Of a DNA stretch of 64,000 nt, positions 28,502-40,429 are shown piece after piece. Below the pieces are notes generated by a model. The model was not told the origin of the DNA, ran no database searches, and was given only the letters and a program-made list of their open reading frames with translations. The first letter of the stretch is position 1; the number at the start of each line of letters is the position of its first letter. The position numbers were made by a program, and so were the translations under genes. The DNA comes from an uncultured bacterium (GTDB lineage Bacteria > JAGOEH01): the NCBI GenBank assembly GCA_964632485.1, contig CAZWDO010000001.1, forward strand, positions 62,001 to 126,000. The letters run 5' to 3'.

Positions 28502-28534
28502 GGGGGACTTAAAAAGGAGAGAGTTTCCTTATAT
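28466..28534 (-). ncRNA. candidate sigma28-dependent small RNA
   Basis: TCAAG-N14-GTCGATA upstream (28541-28566), CU-rich CTCTCTCCTTTTT tract, own terminator. Confidence 0.4.
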
Positions 28535-28569
28535 TAATAATATCGACTTTATACACCAAATCTTGAGAA

Positions 28570-31500
28570 TTATTTTAATAAAATCATTTTTTTAATCTGG
28601 AATTGCCCTTTTTCATTGTTTAATCGATAATAATAGATTCCATTCGGCCAATTTCCCGTTTGAAGTTGAATTATTATTTTTTGAGGTACTTGAGGATAAT
28701 ATTTTTCCATCCACATAATCAACCCTAATGCATTATAAACAGTCAACATGAGTTGCTTTGAAACCCCACTCCAAAAGCTGATCTGCGTCGTTTGATTAAA
28801 AGGATTTGGAAAATTTGAATATAATTTAGTTGTCGGAGTATTAGTTTCTGAGCCATCTTCGATAGAAGAACTCGGAAATTCAATTCGAAATATAGCTGAT
28901 AACGCATACACAGAATCATCATCGGTCCTGGAAATTTTAAATTGCGCGACCGACGTTGTATCAATATTAATGGGCCAGATATATTGACCCGAATTATCAA
29001 GATTTGCTGCAATCAATTCAAAATGGTTGCCCCTGTCATCTGAAAAATATAGATTTACTTTCAAGCACTGACCCGAGGTGTGCCATCGAATCGTATCAGA
29101 TTGTCCCACAAACCATCGATCGCCATCCAATGGATTAGAGAATATAAAACGGACCGGCTCATCTTCTGTCGTCAGGCTCCAAACCGGGCCCTGGCTGCTC
29201 AGTTCTCNNNNNNNNNNNNNNNNNNNNNNNNNNNNNNNNNNNNNNNNNNNNNNNNNNNNNNNNNNNNNNNNNNNNNNNNNNNNNNNNNNNNNNNNNNNNN
29301 NNNNNNNTCCATTCGAGCGTCAGCTCCAGCGCCTGGTCAACGGCCCCGTCCACCGGTTGGGGCGTGTGCGGTATCTCCGGCGCCCGATTGACTACCGGCT
29401 CATCTTCTGTCGTCAGGCTCCAAACCGGGCCCTGGCTGCTCAGTTCTCCGTCCGTCGCGGTTACCCGCCAGTAATAGGTCGTTCCGTAAGAGAGTCCGCT
29501 GCGTTCCAGTCCGGTCGCTGCTTGGTTCGAACTCACGACCGTCACGGGCGGATTGACGGTTCCCCAATACACTGTGTAGCGCAGCGTATCGCCATCTACA
29601 TCCGCGCAACTCCATTCGAGCGTCAGCTCCAGCGCCTGGTCAACGGCCCCGTCCACCGGTTGGGGTGTGTGCGGAATCTCCGGCGCCCGATTGACTACCG
29701 GCTCATCTTCCAAAGAAATAAAATTTGATATTTGTGATTCCTGCCAATCCCGGCTACAGAGAGTTGCGTAATAATATTCTTGAGAAGAAACAGTCGATGT
29801 TTTCATCAATTTCGAGTTTATCGGAATCTCAGTTGAAAAACTCGAATGGCAAAAATGAATACTGACAATCTCATCCTGATCAATAGGATCAAAATTTTTA
29901 TCCGGGGAGCGGTAAAGGACGCACCAATGATCAGAAGACAAACCACTTGGGGGCGTTATCTGGACAACAATTTGCTGGTCATTACTTGAAATTTTAGCTA
30001 TAGACGGGGGTTGAGGAGGATTGGAGCTACGATTGCCTACTGGTCTAACCTTGGTTAAGCGTGTAAAAAAAAGAGATCGGGCAGTAGCCCAGTATTGATG
30101 ATCGCGCCAGGAAGCATAACTATAAAAAGAAAACCCATCAATCCAATCTCCCGTATCCCTGGAACGTGAAACAACAGCAGGATGATTATCCCAGATTCCA
30201 TTATCATTGAGGATATAGGAACCAGGGCCCACTGTGAATAAAATTCCCGCATTAATTCCATCCAACAAGTATTGTTGCCAACATGATGGACAGGAACCGC
30301 TTAACATATTATAGAATTCATCGCCAGTTTTCCAATGATAATGCATCGGCACGAGTTGCTCGATATGCCCTTCATTAAACCATTTAGCGCCATCCTGGAA
30401 GACTGTATTATATCCATCCCACCCGGCATCCCAGTTGTATTTTCCCAATACGGTGGTTGATAAGCGAACATGGGGTTTTTCCGACTGAATTGCATCATGT
30501 AAATCTGCAACAAATTGAGTTACTGAAGACCGCCACCATTCCTCCCAGCTTAAAAATCCGGCAGGAATACCGGAATTATACGGATGATCCGTATCCCACA
30601 AATAGCGATTGGTTGTTGAAAGTTGTTGAAGTTCAAATGCCAATTCTGAGGGAATCACTCCATCCGGTAGTTCGAGATCATACTTTGACATCTCTTTGAG
30701 CCGCTTTTTCAAATAGCTGCTGGTATATTCATTCCAGCGTATATAATCGAGATGGATTCCATCAATATCATAATTTCGAACAATCGACAACGCCAGATTC
30801 AATGTGTAATCTCTAACCGCAGCAAGTCCAGGGGAAAGACATCGGTTGCTGGTCATCGCAGTTCCCTGACGATCGCGGCAAACCCATTCCGGATGTTCAT
30901 AAGCGGGAGCTCCAGACCGTAATTCCCCTACAGCAAACGTATTAAACCAGGCATGAAGTTCCATACCACGGGCATGAGCTTGTTCAATTGCATAAGCCAA
31001 TGGATCGAAACCCGGATTATTATATCCAACGGAAGCTCCCCAAGGTTCAGGCGAAGAGGGATCGTCATAATATCGCGTACCAGATCGACGGACGTGCCAG
31101 AAAATCGCGTTGAAACCACCGGCTTGTAAACTATCTAAAATTTGCCGGCAGAGTTGTTTATTCTGTTCTACTGTTTTTGAAGAACTGATCAAATCCCAAA
31201 TAGCAATCCATACTGCCCTAAATTCTTCATTTTGACCATCTTGACGTGAAATGGAGGGCCGTTGATGGATTTGAAGGGATAAAACTGCGTAATCCGATTC
31301 ACTTCCTCCACTATCCCGCGCTTTCACTCTCACAGAATATGTCCCAGCACCATTCCAGGTTTTAAATTGGGTGCAAAGGGTTCCTGAAGCATAAGGACCC
31401 AGCCAGTCGGATTGTGTTCCGTCTCCCCATTCAAAACGGAAAAATATCGAATCGCCGTTGGGATCGGTTGACTGGGCGGTGAAACGATAACTCACTCCCG

Positions 31501-32935
31501 GATATCCATTACTATAGCCAACCAATTGCGGGGTAAGCGGCGGTAATGGATTTCCGCCTGAAGTGGTTTGAAAACTCCAAACCGGTCCCATTGTTTGGAC
31601 TAAACCATCACTGGCGCTGATTTTCCAATAATAGAGAGTATTAGTTTCCAACCCGGTTAAAGAATACGTAGTTTGAACTGATCCGTTTTGCAGGATTGGA
31701 GGAGTGGCGGCAGTGCCGAAATAAATAGCATACGTCAAAGGATTTCCATCCGGATCGCTGGAGCTCCAACTGAGAGTGGGATTCAAGGAAATTTGATTAC
31801 TTCCATTAGTCGGGAAAATGCAAGTTGGGACTGTTGGCGGGCGATTGTCTTGAGTAGAAGATTCGATTGTCTGCCAGGCAGCGATTCCGTTATTGGTTAT
31901 CAACTGATAAAATGTGATCGTATTATCACTATTGATATGCCATGCAATATCCCCCGTTACATTAGAGTTAGCTTCATACGTCGTATTCAATGATACGGAT
32001 TCATATAATTCGGGTTGAGTTTTTGAATTTGTAATATTATAAAGCTGAAATTTTAATCCATCCGCTTCTGATGATATCGCCGTAACAGCTAAAAACTCAA
32101 GAGTGGTGGAAAAAGCGTAACTCAATGCATTCCAAGCAGAAGAGATGGAACCAGCGTTCACAATACTGGTCACCGTGCCGCTGGATTCAACGAGTTTAAT
32201 CGTACTATTCGCTCCATTGATCCACAGAGGAGCGCTTAATCCGGCTTGAGTGGGGCAAATCGCGCCCCTGGCATTATTCGCTTCGACTGTAATAGCATCA
32301 TAAGCGCTAAAAACTTGTCCATCAAGGGTCGTAAACCGATACAGTTGCGTATTGCCACTTGACCCACTTACATAAATTATCGTTTGTGTTCCGCTGCCGG
32401 CAATTCCCATGGCATCACCCACTCGACCCGAAACATCACCGAGAAAGGCGACTGTTGGTTGAGTATTTTCATCACTCCAACGATAGAGCTTAAAACCGGT
32501 ACCGGAAGTCGTAAGATTGCACGCATAAACAACTCCGGCTTCATCAACCCGGATCATATTAAAAGCATACGTTCCACCACTAACACCCGTCATATTTAAC
32601 GAAGCAATCTGGGACCCGTCATCGGGATTAATCACGAATATTCCGGGTTGAGTGCGGGATGCGACCAGAAGATGCCCGCTTGCTACATTATAAGCCAGGC
32701 TACGAGTGGCATGATCATTGGCCAACCAATCATAGTCGCCCCGATGCTTTTCCCATAATAAAACCAGATTTGATTCTCGGGCAGGAGTCGTTTGTGTTGA
32801 ATTCTTTAATGAATCACTCCCTGCAGAGTTCGTATTGTTTACATGTTGCCCAGCGCAGGCCGTATCGGATTGAGGGTAAATAGTGGATAGCCAAGTCACC
32901 ACGATTAATGCTATAGTAAAAATTTTCAGCGTCAT
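28570..32935 (-). CDS. large T9SS-cargo protein: N-terminal propeller-like domain, FN3/PKD, GHL10 (DUF187) glycoside hydrolase, tandem FN3-like repeats, CTD; frame broken only by an N gap
   Basis: EFRAVWIA, HARGMELHAWFN, YDIDGIHLDYIR (GHL10); FEWGDG (PKD). After the gap, ELSSQGPVWSLTTEDEPVRFIFSNPLDGDRW is in frame with ORF 28570..29130, which ends NFPNPFN...GIYYYRL...KKMILLK. Confidence 0.85.
29155..29710 (-). repeat. 303-bp (101-aa) near-identical tandem repeat within the CDS, at least two copies, interrupted by 100 N
   Basis: GCTCATCTTC recurs at 29701, 29398 and 29157; visible overlapping parts of the copies differ at only about two synonymous positions. Confidence 0.9.
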
Positions 32936-33056
32936 AGATATATACTCCTTAATAATAGCTAATTATGCAAATAATTAATTCATCCAAGTCGGTTTGTCAA
33001 GTGAAATCTTTATACTTAACTCAATAATTATATTATTCTGGTGAGTAAAAAAGTTA

Positions 33057-33085
33057 TTGACAAACAGAGACTTTTTTTTTATACT
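33057..33085 (+). promoter_or_regulatory. sigma70-type promoter
   Basis: TTGACA-17 nt-TATACT. Confidence 0.65.
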
Positions 33086-33108
33086 TATTTAAATGTAAAA
33101 CCGGAAAA

Positions 33109-35148
33109 TTGATGAAACAAAAATATAATATTACACTTTTAATTGTTGAAGACGACCAGATAATACTAAATATGATCGTAGAAGTCCTCAAAGATTCAGT
33201 TAAAATGATTGATACAGCCGAAGATGGCCGGGAGGGATTGTGTAAATTCCATTCATTGAATCCGGACATTATGCTTAGCGATATTACAATGCCGAATTTA
33301 GACGGGATCAGCATGATCCAGGAGATTCGAAAAGTATCTCCGAATATTCCGATTGTAATCATGTCTTCCCATAAAGATACAAGCTGGTTTATTAAAGCCA
33401 TTGAATTGGGCGTTGATAAATTTTTATTGAAGCCCCTGCAATTTGAAACCTTGAAAGATGTTCTACATAAACTTAGCCAGCAAATTGAAACTAACCGTAC
33501 GCTGTTAGCTAAAGAAAAAATACTTAACGATTATAAAAATGCCCTGGATGCTTCAGCATTGATTCTGAAATTCGATGAAAAGGGGAAAATTACATATTGC
33601 AATGAAATGCTTTCGCGTGTCTCTGAATATGAACCTGATGAAATTATCGGAAAACCATTCAATTTTTTACATCAAGAAACCACTTCCAGGTCAACATCCG
33701 ATCAAATCTGGGAAGCATTACATAAAGGGGAGAAATGGAAGGGAATACTTGAATGCAAAAAAAAGAATCATCAAATTTTTTTTGTGGAGATGATGATTGT
33801 ACCCATCAGCGATATCCATAATAGCATCACCGAATTTATAGCCATTCAAACCGAGATTACCGATCAGATATTTAAAGATCACCTGATCGACCAGCTCTAT
33901 ACGGACCATTTAACTCATTTAGGCAATCGCCCGAAACTCACTAAAGAGATCGTAGAAAATCCCGATGCCACACTGGTGCTCATCAATATGGATTCTTTCA
34001 AAGAAGTTAATAATTTTTATGGTAATAAAGTTGGCGACCAACTACTTATCGTCATTGGCGAACAATTGAAACAGCTTACCCCCAATAAAACCTTTCAAAT
34101 TTACAAACTGCAAGCTGATGAATTTGCCATACTCATTCCAGACCCAATTTCGGACCAGGAATTAACGGAGCTTATCGAGTTAATTCAATTTGAAATCAGC
34201 CATAAACTGCAGATTGTTGATGAAAACCAGATACAGATTACCTGTACTCTTGGAATTGCGGGAGTATCTACAGCCAACATAGAGACATCGTCCTATCATG
34301 ACCTGATCAGCCGGGCTGATATGGCTTTAAAAGCGGCTAAACGCCAATTCAAACCCTATCTTTTTTTTGATGATTCGATCAGTATACCCCTCGAATATGA
34401 GCGGAATGTCACCTGGACTAAAAAACTCAGAGAAGCCATTTTTAATAACCGTATTATCGCTTATTACCAGCCGATATATAATAACCAGTCCCGGAAAATT
34501 GAAAAATTTGAGTGTTTAGTCCGCTATCTGGAAACTGATAATACAGTAATTGGCCCTTACGCATTTTTGCACATTGCCAAAAAATCTAAGCTTTATTCCA
34601 AATTGACGCGAACAGTCATGAACCAAGCGTTCAATGTATTCGCCGACCTACCCTACGAATTTTCGATCAATCTATCGCTGGATGATATTGTCAATCAACA
34701 GACAAAAACTGCGATTTACAATAAACTCATGGATTATCCTCAAATCGCTTCCCGGGTTGTGTTTGAGATCCTCGAGTCGGAAGGAATCGAGAAATACGAT
34801 GAGGTCATCGATTTTATCCGCATTTTAAAGAAATCAAACTGCAAAATCGCTATTGATGATTTTGGAAGCGGCTATTCCAATTTTGAACATATTTTACGCC
34901 TGCAAGTCGATTATATCAAAATTGATGCTTCATTAGTCAGAAAATGCGACCAGGATTATTATTCACAAATTATATTAGAAAACATTGTCAATTTTTCGCA
35001 AAAGCTTAACATTAAGACAATTGCTGAATTTGTTCATTCCCAATCAGTTTTTAAAAAAATTAACGAGTTGGGCATTAACTATTCACAGGGATTTTTCATT
35101 GGTGAACCACGGGGAGAAATTTTCGAATTCCCTCAAAATCACCTTTGA
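33109..35148 (+). CDS. REC-PAS-GGDEF(degenerate)-EAL protein, probable c-di-GMP phosphodiesterase
   Basis: LIVEDD/SDITMP/KP receiver, PAS, QADEF in place of GGDEF, FECLVR, IAIDDFGSGYS, IKID, IAEFV, SQGF. Confidence 0.9.
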   Translation: MMKQKYNITLLIVEDDQIILNMIVEVLKDSVKMIDTAEDGREGLCKFHSLNPDIMLSDITMPNLDGISMIQEIRKVSPNIPIVIMSSHKDTSWFIKAIELGVDKFLLKPLQFETLKDVLHKLSQQIETNRTLLAKEKILNDYKNALDASALILKFDEKGKITYCNEMLSRVSEYEPDEIIGKPFNFLHQETTSRSTSDQIWEALHKGEKWKGILECKKKNHQIFFVEMMIVPISDIHNSITEFIAIQTEITDQIFKDHLIDQLYTDHLTHLGNRPKLTKEIVENPDATLVLINMDSFKEVNNFYGNKVGDQLLIVIGEQLKQLTPNKTFQIYKLQADEFAILIPDPISDQELTELIELIQFEISHKLQIVDENQIQITCTLGIAGVSTANIETSSYHDLISRADMALKAAKRQFKPYLFFDDSISIPLEYERNVTWTKKLREAIFNNRIIAYYQPIYNNQSRKIEKFECLVRYLETDNTVIGPYAFLHIAKKSKLYSKLTRTVMNQAFNVFADLPYEFSINLSLDDIVNQQTKTAIYNKLMDYPQIASRVVFEILESEGIEKYDEVIDFIRILKKSNCKIAIDDFGSGYSNFEHILRLQVDYIKIDASLVRKCDQDYYSQIILENIVNFSQKLNIKTIAEFVHSQSVFKKINELGINYSQGFFIGEPRGEIFEFPQNHL

Positions 35149-35201
35149 CCCACGCAAATCCCAATGAGTAGATTTTTCGCTCATATCCAAGGATTAGCCG
35201 A

Positions 35202-37115
35202 ATGGATTTTTTTTTAAAAAATAGACTAAAAGTCAATTTTTTTTGGAATATTATTTCTTTTTCATTATATATCAATTTAGTTTACTCTGGCAATTATACT
35301 GCAAACACTTTTTCCATTGCGTGGTTGAGTGATACACATGTAGGTTCCAATACGGGCGAGGAGGATTTAAGAAAAGCGATCGCCACAATCCAGCAGATGC
35401 CCTTAATCAAACAGGTGATTGTCAGTGGCGATATCAGCCAAATGGACATCAAAGACAATCTTTTGTGCGCAAAAAAAATTTTAGACGAACTCTCCATACC
35501 GTATGCCATCATTCCAGGCAATCATGACTTGAAGTGGTCAGCTTCGGGCGGGCAGAAATTCATTGATCTCTGGGGAGATGATAAATTTTCATTGAATTTT
35601 GCGGGAATCCAATGGATTGGATTAGCGCAGGGCCCTGTGATGAGAATGGGCCCGGGATGTTTTAATCCCCGGGATATCGATTGGTTGAGAACCACTTTAG
35701 AGCCATTGAGAAAATCGCAAATTCCCATATTTTTTGTGACTCATTACCCCATGGATAGTAGCGTCTGTAATTACCGTCCAGTTCTTGATCTTCTGAAGGA
35801 ATGCAATGTCCAGTTTATTTTACATGGCCATGAACATCGATTAGAAATAACAAATTATGATGGAATCACCGCAATTATGGCGCCCGCTAATATCAGAGAC
35901 GATAGCCCTAAGGGCCAGTTTATGGTTATAAAAATTATACCAGATTCACTTCTACTTTTTGAGCATCCTCATGGCAATACCGTGGGCGTTTGCCGAGCGC
36001 GCCTGGCGCGCCGATCTCCTACCGGAAACACTCCCGATTTAGCGCCACACGACCAGGATATCCGATTCGATCCGGAGCTTACTAATATAATATGGCGCCA
36101 CGATTACCACGACTTGCTGCTTTCCCCTCCCGCTGTGGATAAAACCACTTTATATTGCGCGTTATATAGCGGACGAGTTGAAGCCCGTTCCCTCGAAAAG
36201 GGCCAACTACTTTGGCATTATTCCCTTGACGAAACAATTACAGCCTCTCCAACACTTTACGATTCATTATTGATCATCGGCACGGATCGCCATCACCTTT
36301 TCATATTCAATAATCAAACAGGCAGACTTCTAAGAAAAATTAATCTCCCCGGGCCTCTGCTGGCTACTCCCTTGATAGAGTATTCAATTGCATATTGCCC
36401 CATCAGCGAACAAGGAGTTTTAGCCTGGGATATAAAAAACAATCGACAGCTATGGTTTGCCGATGATATTCGGGGATATTGCGAAACACAACCCATAATT
36501 TATCGTGACTTGATATTATGCGGCGCCTGGGATGAGAACTTTTATGCATTTGCTAAAAGTACAGGGGAAAAAGTCTGGACCTGGCATGATCATCGCCCGG
36601 GGCTCCTCTATTCCCCCGGAGCTTGTCAGCCGGTTATCACGCAAGATATTCTATTCCTGGTTACTCCGGATCGATTCCTCTCGGCCATTCAACCGAAAAC
36701 CGGGAAAACGTTATGGCGATCCAACCAACTGAAAGTCAGGGAGTCCTTAGGGTATTGCCCAATGACATCCACCATATATGTAAAATGTATGACCGATACG
36801 CTGGCAGCCATAGAACCTTCAGCGGATTCATTAATCATCCATTGGATTTCGGACCAAAAATTTGGTTACGATATCAATCCGGCATCCCCCGTAGCAAACG
36901 GTCATCTTGTTTTCATCCCAACCCAAAAAGGTGAACTATTGATTCTTGATCAGCAAAATGGAAAACGCGTAACCCAAATTAAATTAGGGCAATGTCAACT
37001 CAACCTTCCAGTATTTTGTTCTGATAACCGTGTTATTCTATCAGCAATGGATGGGAAACTGGCAGTAATACGTTATAAAGCAAATCTTAATGAAAGGATT
37101 CTCAATGAAAACTAA
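35202..37115 (+). CDS. calcineurin-like metallophosphoesterase fused to PQQ-like beta-propeller
   Basis: SDTH, SGDI, PGNHD, THYP, HGHEH; repeated G..LW propeller blades. Confidence 0.85.
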   Translation: MDFFLKNRLKVNFFWNIISFSLYINLVYSGNYTANTFSIAWLSDTHVGSNTGEEDLRKAIATIQQMPLIKQVIVSGDISQMDIKDNLLCAKKILDELSIPYAIIPGNHDLKWSASGGQKFIDLWGDDKFSLNFAGIQWIGLAQGPVMRMGPGCFNPRDIDWLRTTLEPLRKSQIPIFFVTHYPMDSSVCNYRPVLDLLKECNVQFILHGHEHRLEITNYDGITAIMAPANIRDDSPKGQFMVIKIIPDSLLLFEHPHGNTVGVCRARLARRSPTGNTPDLAPHDQDIRFDPELTNIIWRHDYHDLLLSPPAVDKTTLYCALYSGRVEARSLEKGQLLWHYSLDETITASPTLYDSLLIIGTDRHHLFIFNNQTGRLLRKINLPGPLLATPLIEYSIAYCPISEQGVLAWDIKNNRQLWFADDIRGYCETQPIIYRDLILCGAWDENFYAFAKSTGEKVWTWHDHRPGLLYSPGACQPVITQDILFLVTPDRFLSAIQPKTGKTLWRSNQLKVRESLGYCPMTSTIYVKCMTDTLAAIEPSADSLIIHWISDQKFGYDINPASPVANGHLVFIPTQKGELLILDQQNGKRVTQIKLGQCQLNLPVFCSDNRVILSAMDGKLAVIRYKANLNERILNEN

Positions 37116-38391
37116 AAGTTTATGCCTGATCTGGCTCGTTCTTTTTACCACAAGCGCTTATTCTTATCAATGGGGAAAATTGAGTTTTTCTCTTCAGGAG
37201 CGGTATCGTATAGTAATGTGGGATAACACGGTTAGCCTTGACGAAGGCGCAGCCGACGTGTCAGCGTTTACCCGCCACCGCACTAATCTCTGTTTCGGAT
37301 ATCAACCCATGCAAAACATAGAAATCGCACTACAATTCACCAATGAATTTCGCAAATATATTTCTCCTAAAAACCGCGCATTTACCATTCATGAATGGGT
37401 GATTGATCAGCTCTATGTGAAAATGAACAAACCCGGAAATTTACCGTTCAATGTAACCTTAGGAAGGCAAAATATAATCCTGGGTGAAGGGTTCGTTGTC
37501 ATTGAGGGAAATCCCCTCGACGGCTCGCGCACCATCTATTTCAACGCCGCCCGATTCGATATTATTCCCAACGATCAACATCAATTGACCCTGGCCATTG
37601 TTTATAACCAGGCGATAGACAGTTTATTACCAATTATTATGGACCAGGACCAGGCGCTCTCCGATCAGGATGAAACCGGAGCCATTGCTTATTACCAAGG
37701 CAAATTTAATGGGCAGACAGCCGAGGCCTATTATATTATGAAACAGAACAAGGAGATGAACAGCCGACCTGAACAAACCCTGCATACCATTGGCGCCCGC
37801 GGATTATTTAATTTACTGGATAAAAAACTGAGCGCTCAAGGAGAATTTGCCCTGCAATTCGGCAAACAAGCCGAAACAGACCGTAGCGGGTGGGGTGGAA
37901 ATTTCTATGTCAAATATACTCTTCCCAGCAAAGAGCTGACTTTTTTAGATTACTTTAAACTCGGCTCCGTAATGTTGAGCGGGGATGATGCAGATACCGG
38001 TGATAAAATTGAAGGATGGGATCCGCTGTTTGCCCGTTTTCCAAAATGGAGCGAATCCTATATTTATACTCAGATCAAAGAGTGTGGCGTGGCTAACTGG
38101 ACAAATTTTCAATCTTTCTACGCCCACCTCTCCCTCAGATTCAGTAACGATATTACATGGTTATGGGGATATCAACTACTCGGCGCGTTTGAAAAAATGC
38201 CGGTTATTGCCGGATTCAACGGCAGTGGGACGAAACGCGGCACATTGATTCAAACTAATCTGGAATACAAAATGAATCAATATCTGAGTATGCATGCTAT
38301 CTGGGAACATTTCAACCCCGACGATTATTATTTTGCTGAAGCCAATGCAGCAACCTGGATTCGCTTTCAACTATTGCTGAATCTTAAGTAG
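37105..38391 (+). CDS. alginate-export-family outer-membrane beta-barrel
   Basis: Signal peptide, [17 protein letters not shown]...[15 protein letters not shown]...WDPLF. Confidence 0.75.
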   Translation: MKTKSLCLIWLVLFTTSAYSYQWGKLSFSLQERYRIVMWDNTVSLDEGAADVSAFTRHRTNLCFGYQPMQNIEIALQFTNEFRKYISPKNRAFTIHEWVIDQLYVKMNKPGNLPFNVTLGRQNIILGEGFVVIEGNPLDGSRTIYFNAARFDIIPNDQHQLTLAIVYNQAIDSLLPIIMDQDQALSDQDETGAIAYYQGKFNGQTAEAYYIMKQNKEMNSRPEQTLHTIGARGLFNLLDKKLSAQGEFALQFGKQAETDRSGWGGNFYVKYTLPSKELTFLDYFKLGSVMLSGDDADTGDKIEGWDPLFARFPKWSESYIYTQIKECGVANWTNFQSFYAHLSLRFSNDITWLWGYQLLGAFEKMPVIAGFNGSGTKRGTLIQTNLEYKMNQYLSMHAIWEHFNPDDYYFAEANAATWIRFQLLLNLK

Positions 38392-38407
38392 AAATGGAAA
38401 CGAAACA

Positions 38408-40390
38408 ATGAAACTGCAAGCAAAATTTATGCTGATTGTCGGTAGCCTCATTGCGCTAATAACCGCGCTGACTCTCTACATAACAACATATCTGAATATA
38501 AATGCATCAATTGAATTGGGAAAAACCAGCCTTGAGACAATTACCGATGCAACGGTTAATAGTGCAGATTTATGGTTAAGTGAAAAACGAATCCTGTTGC
38601 AATCCATAAGCCGGCATCTCGAATTCTCAGCCTTTTTGACCGGAGAAAGCGATGGGCAGGACGCCCGATCGCTATTAGACAACTATAATAAATCCTCCCA
38701 TGATTTTGAAAATCTGGAGATCGCTAATATTGATGGACAGATCGTCATGGATATTCAAAACATCGAGAGTATGAATCTTAATGTTAGTGAGTTGCCACTT
38801 TGGCAGGAGATGAAACAAAATACATCTTTTTTTTATCAATCCCTATCTCCAATGATTTCCTCAGAGACCCAAAAACCCGTATTTACAATGATCCAGGGAA
38901 TTACCAGCCCTGATGGGACATTTCAGGGCGCCGTCATTATGACGCTTGACTGGGAAAAATTTGTCGATACGCAAATCCGCTCCATCAAAATCAAAAAAAG
39001 CGGATATATTTCCATTACTAACAGCCAATGCCAGAACATCGCGCACCCCGATTCTTCTCTATTTCTTAAAGATTTGTCTGAATTATCCTTTATTAAAAAA
39101 ATCATAACTGAGAAAAAAGGAATACAGGAGTATGAATTTAACGAAAAGCTGAAATTTATGGCATTCAGACCGCTCCAAAATGCCCCCTGGATTATCAGCG
39201 CCACGATTGAAAAGAATGAGCTCCTTGAAGGAGTCTATCACTCCCGCAACATGGCGGTGATGATTGGTTGTCTGCTGATGCTTTTCGTAGTGCTGGGTGT
39301 TACGATAACGGTAAAAAAGACCATCATCAATAAAATTGATCAAATATTGGCTATCATCAGCCGGGCGGAACAAGGCGATCTCCAAGCGCGGATTGAATTG
39401 AACACTCAGGATGAAGTCGGCAAAATTGCGTATGGGTTTAACGATTTTATCATTCAATTAGCGGGTGGAGTGCGTGATATAAAAAATATCAGTAACCACC
39501 TGGCCGCCGCTTTATTTGAAATCACCTCGACCAGCGAGCAATTATCGATCAATACGGAAAGTACCACCGGCCAAATCAACACGATTGCCGGAGCGATTAC
39601 CGAACTTAACAGTAATGTGAACGAAATTACGAACAGCACCGAGGTTGTTCGCCAACAGGCTGGCGATAATCAACGGCTCGCTGAAGAAAGTAGTTCACAA
39701 AATATACAGCTCCAACGTAGTATTCAAAATTTACTGCAGCAGGAAAAGGCGTTTGTTAAGGATATTGAGCGGCTGAATGACCAATCCAATCAAATCACCA
39801 GCATCGTACAGGTCATTGAGGATATAGCGGACCAGACCAATCTGCTGGCGTTGAACGCGGCCATAGAAGCCGCTCGCGCCGGGGAACATGGCCGTGGATT
39901 TGCTGTTGTGGCTGATGAAGTGCGAAAACTGGCTGAAAAGACGCAAAACTCTACTAAGGAAATATCCACTATGGTAGGAGAGATTCGACAAAACATGCAA
40001 AAAGCGGTGGGCACAATCACCAAAAACATGGATATTATCCAAAAAGTCGATATGGACGTGCAACTCAGCGCTCAATCCAATGAAAAAGTTAAATCGTCCA
40101 GCCATCAGACACTGGAACTCATTAAACATATCAGCCAGGCCTTAATCGAACAAAAACGAGCTATGGACCAGATGCTGGAAAATGTTGAACAGATCAACCG
40201 CAGTAGCATGGAGAACAACACCGGTTTAGGTGAAATCGTCAGAACTATAGTCGAAATCCAGCAGACATCGGAACAGCTTTTAACGTTTACCCACCATTAT
40301 CAACTTGAGGCGGGGACATCAGTGGATTCACCCCCGTCAGAAACAAGTCACCATAAAAATAAAAAGATGGGGATGAGACTCGTCGATTAA
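38408..40390 (+). CDS. methyl-accepting chemotaxis protein (dCache, HAMP)
   Basis: [38 protein letters not shown]; two TM helices; IAHPD Cache motif; DEVG HAMP. Confidence 0.95.
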   Translation: MKLQAKFMLIVGSLIALITALTLYITTYLNINASIELGKTSLETITDATVNSADLWLSEKRILLQSISRHLEFSAFLTGESDGQDARSLLDNYNKSSHDFENLEIANIDGQIVMDIQNIESMNLNVSELPLWQEMKQNTSFFYQSLSPMISSETQKPVFTMIQGITSPDGTFQGAVIMTLDWEKFVDTQIRSIKIKKSGYISITNSQCQNIAHPDSSLFLKDLSELSFIKKIITEKKGIQEYEFNEKLKFMAFRPLQNAPWIISATIEKNELLEGVYHSRNMAVMIGCLLMLFVVLGVTITVKKTIINKIDQILAIISRAEQGDLQARIELNTQDEVGKIAYGFNDFIIQLAGGVRDIKNISNHLAAALFEITSTSEQLSINTESTTGQINTIAGAITELNSNVNEITNSTEVVRQQAGDNQRLAEESSSQNIQLQRSIQNLLQQEKAFVKDIERLNDQSNQITSIVQVIEDIADQTNLLALNAAIEAARAGEHGRGFAVVADEVRKLAEKTQNSTKEISTMVGEIRQNMQKAVGTITKNMDIIQKVDMDVQLSAQSNEKVKSSSHQTLELIKHISQALIEQKRAMDQMLENVEQINRSSMENNTGLGEIVRTIVEIQQTSEQLLTFTHHYQLEAGTSVDSPPSETSHHKNKKMGMRLVD

Positions 40391-40429
40391 GAATGAATAA
40401 AACCTGGATACCATTGGAAGGTGTAGGTC

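Noticed and set aside
29159-29307. Apparent frameshift or pseudogene in the large hydrolase
   Set aside because: Explained by the placeholder 100-N gap; both sides read as the same repeat.
29078-29728. Plus-strand ORFs over the repeat, and a possible CRISPR or mobile element
   Set aside because: The repeat unit is 303 bp, codes on the minus strand, and has no spacers, terminal repeats or transposase.
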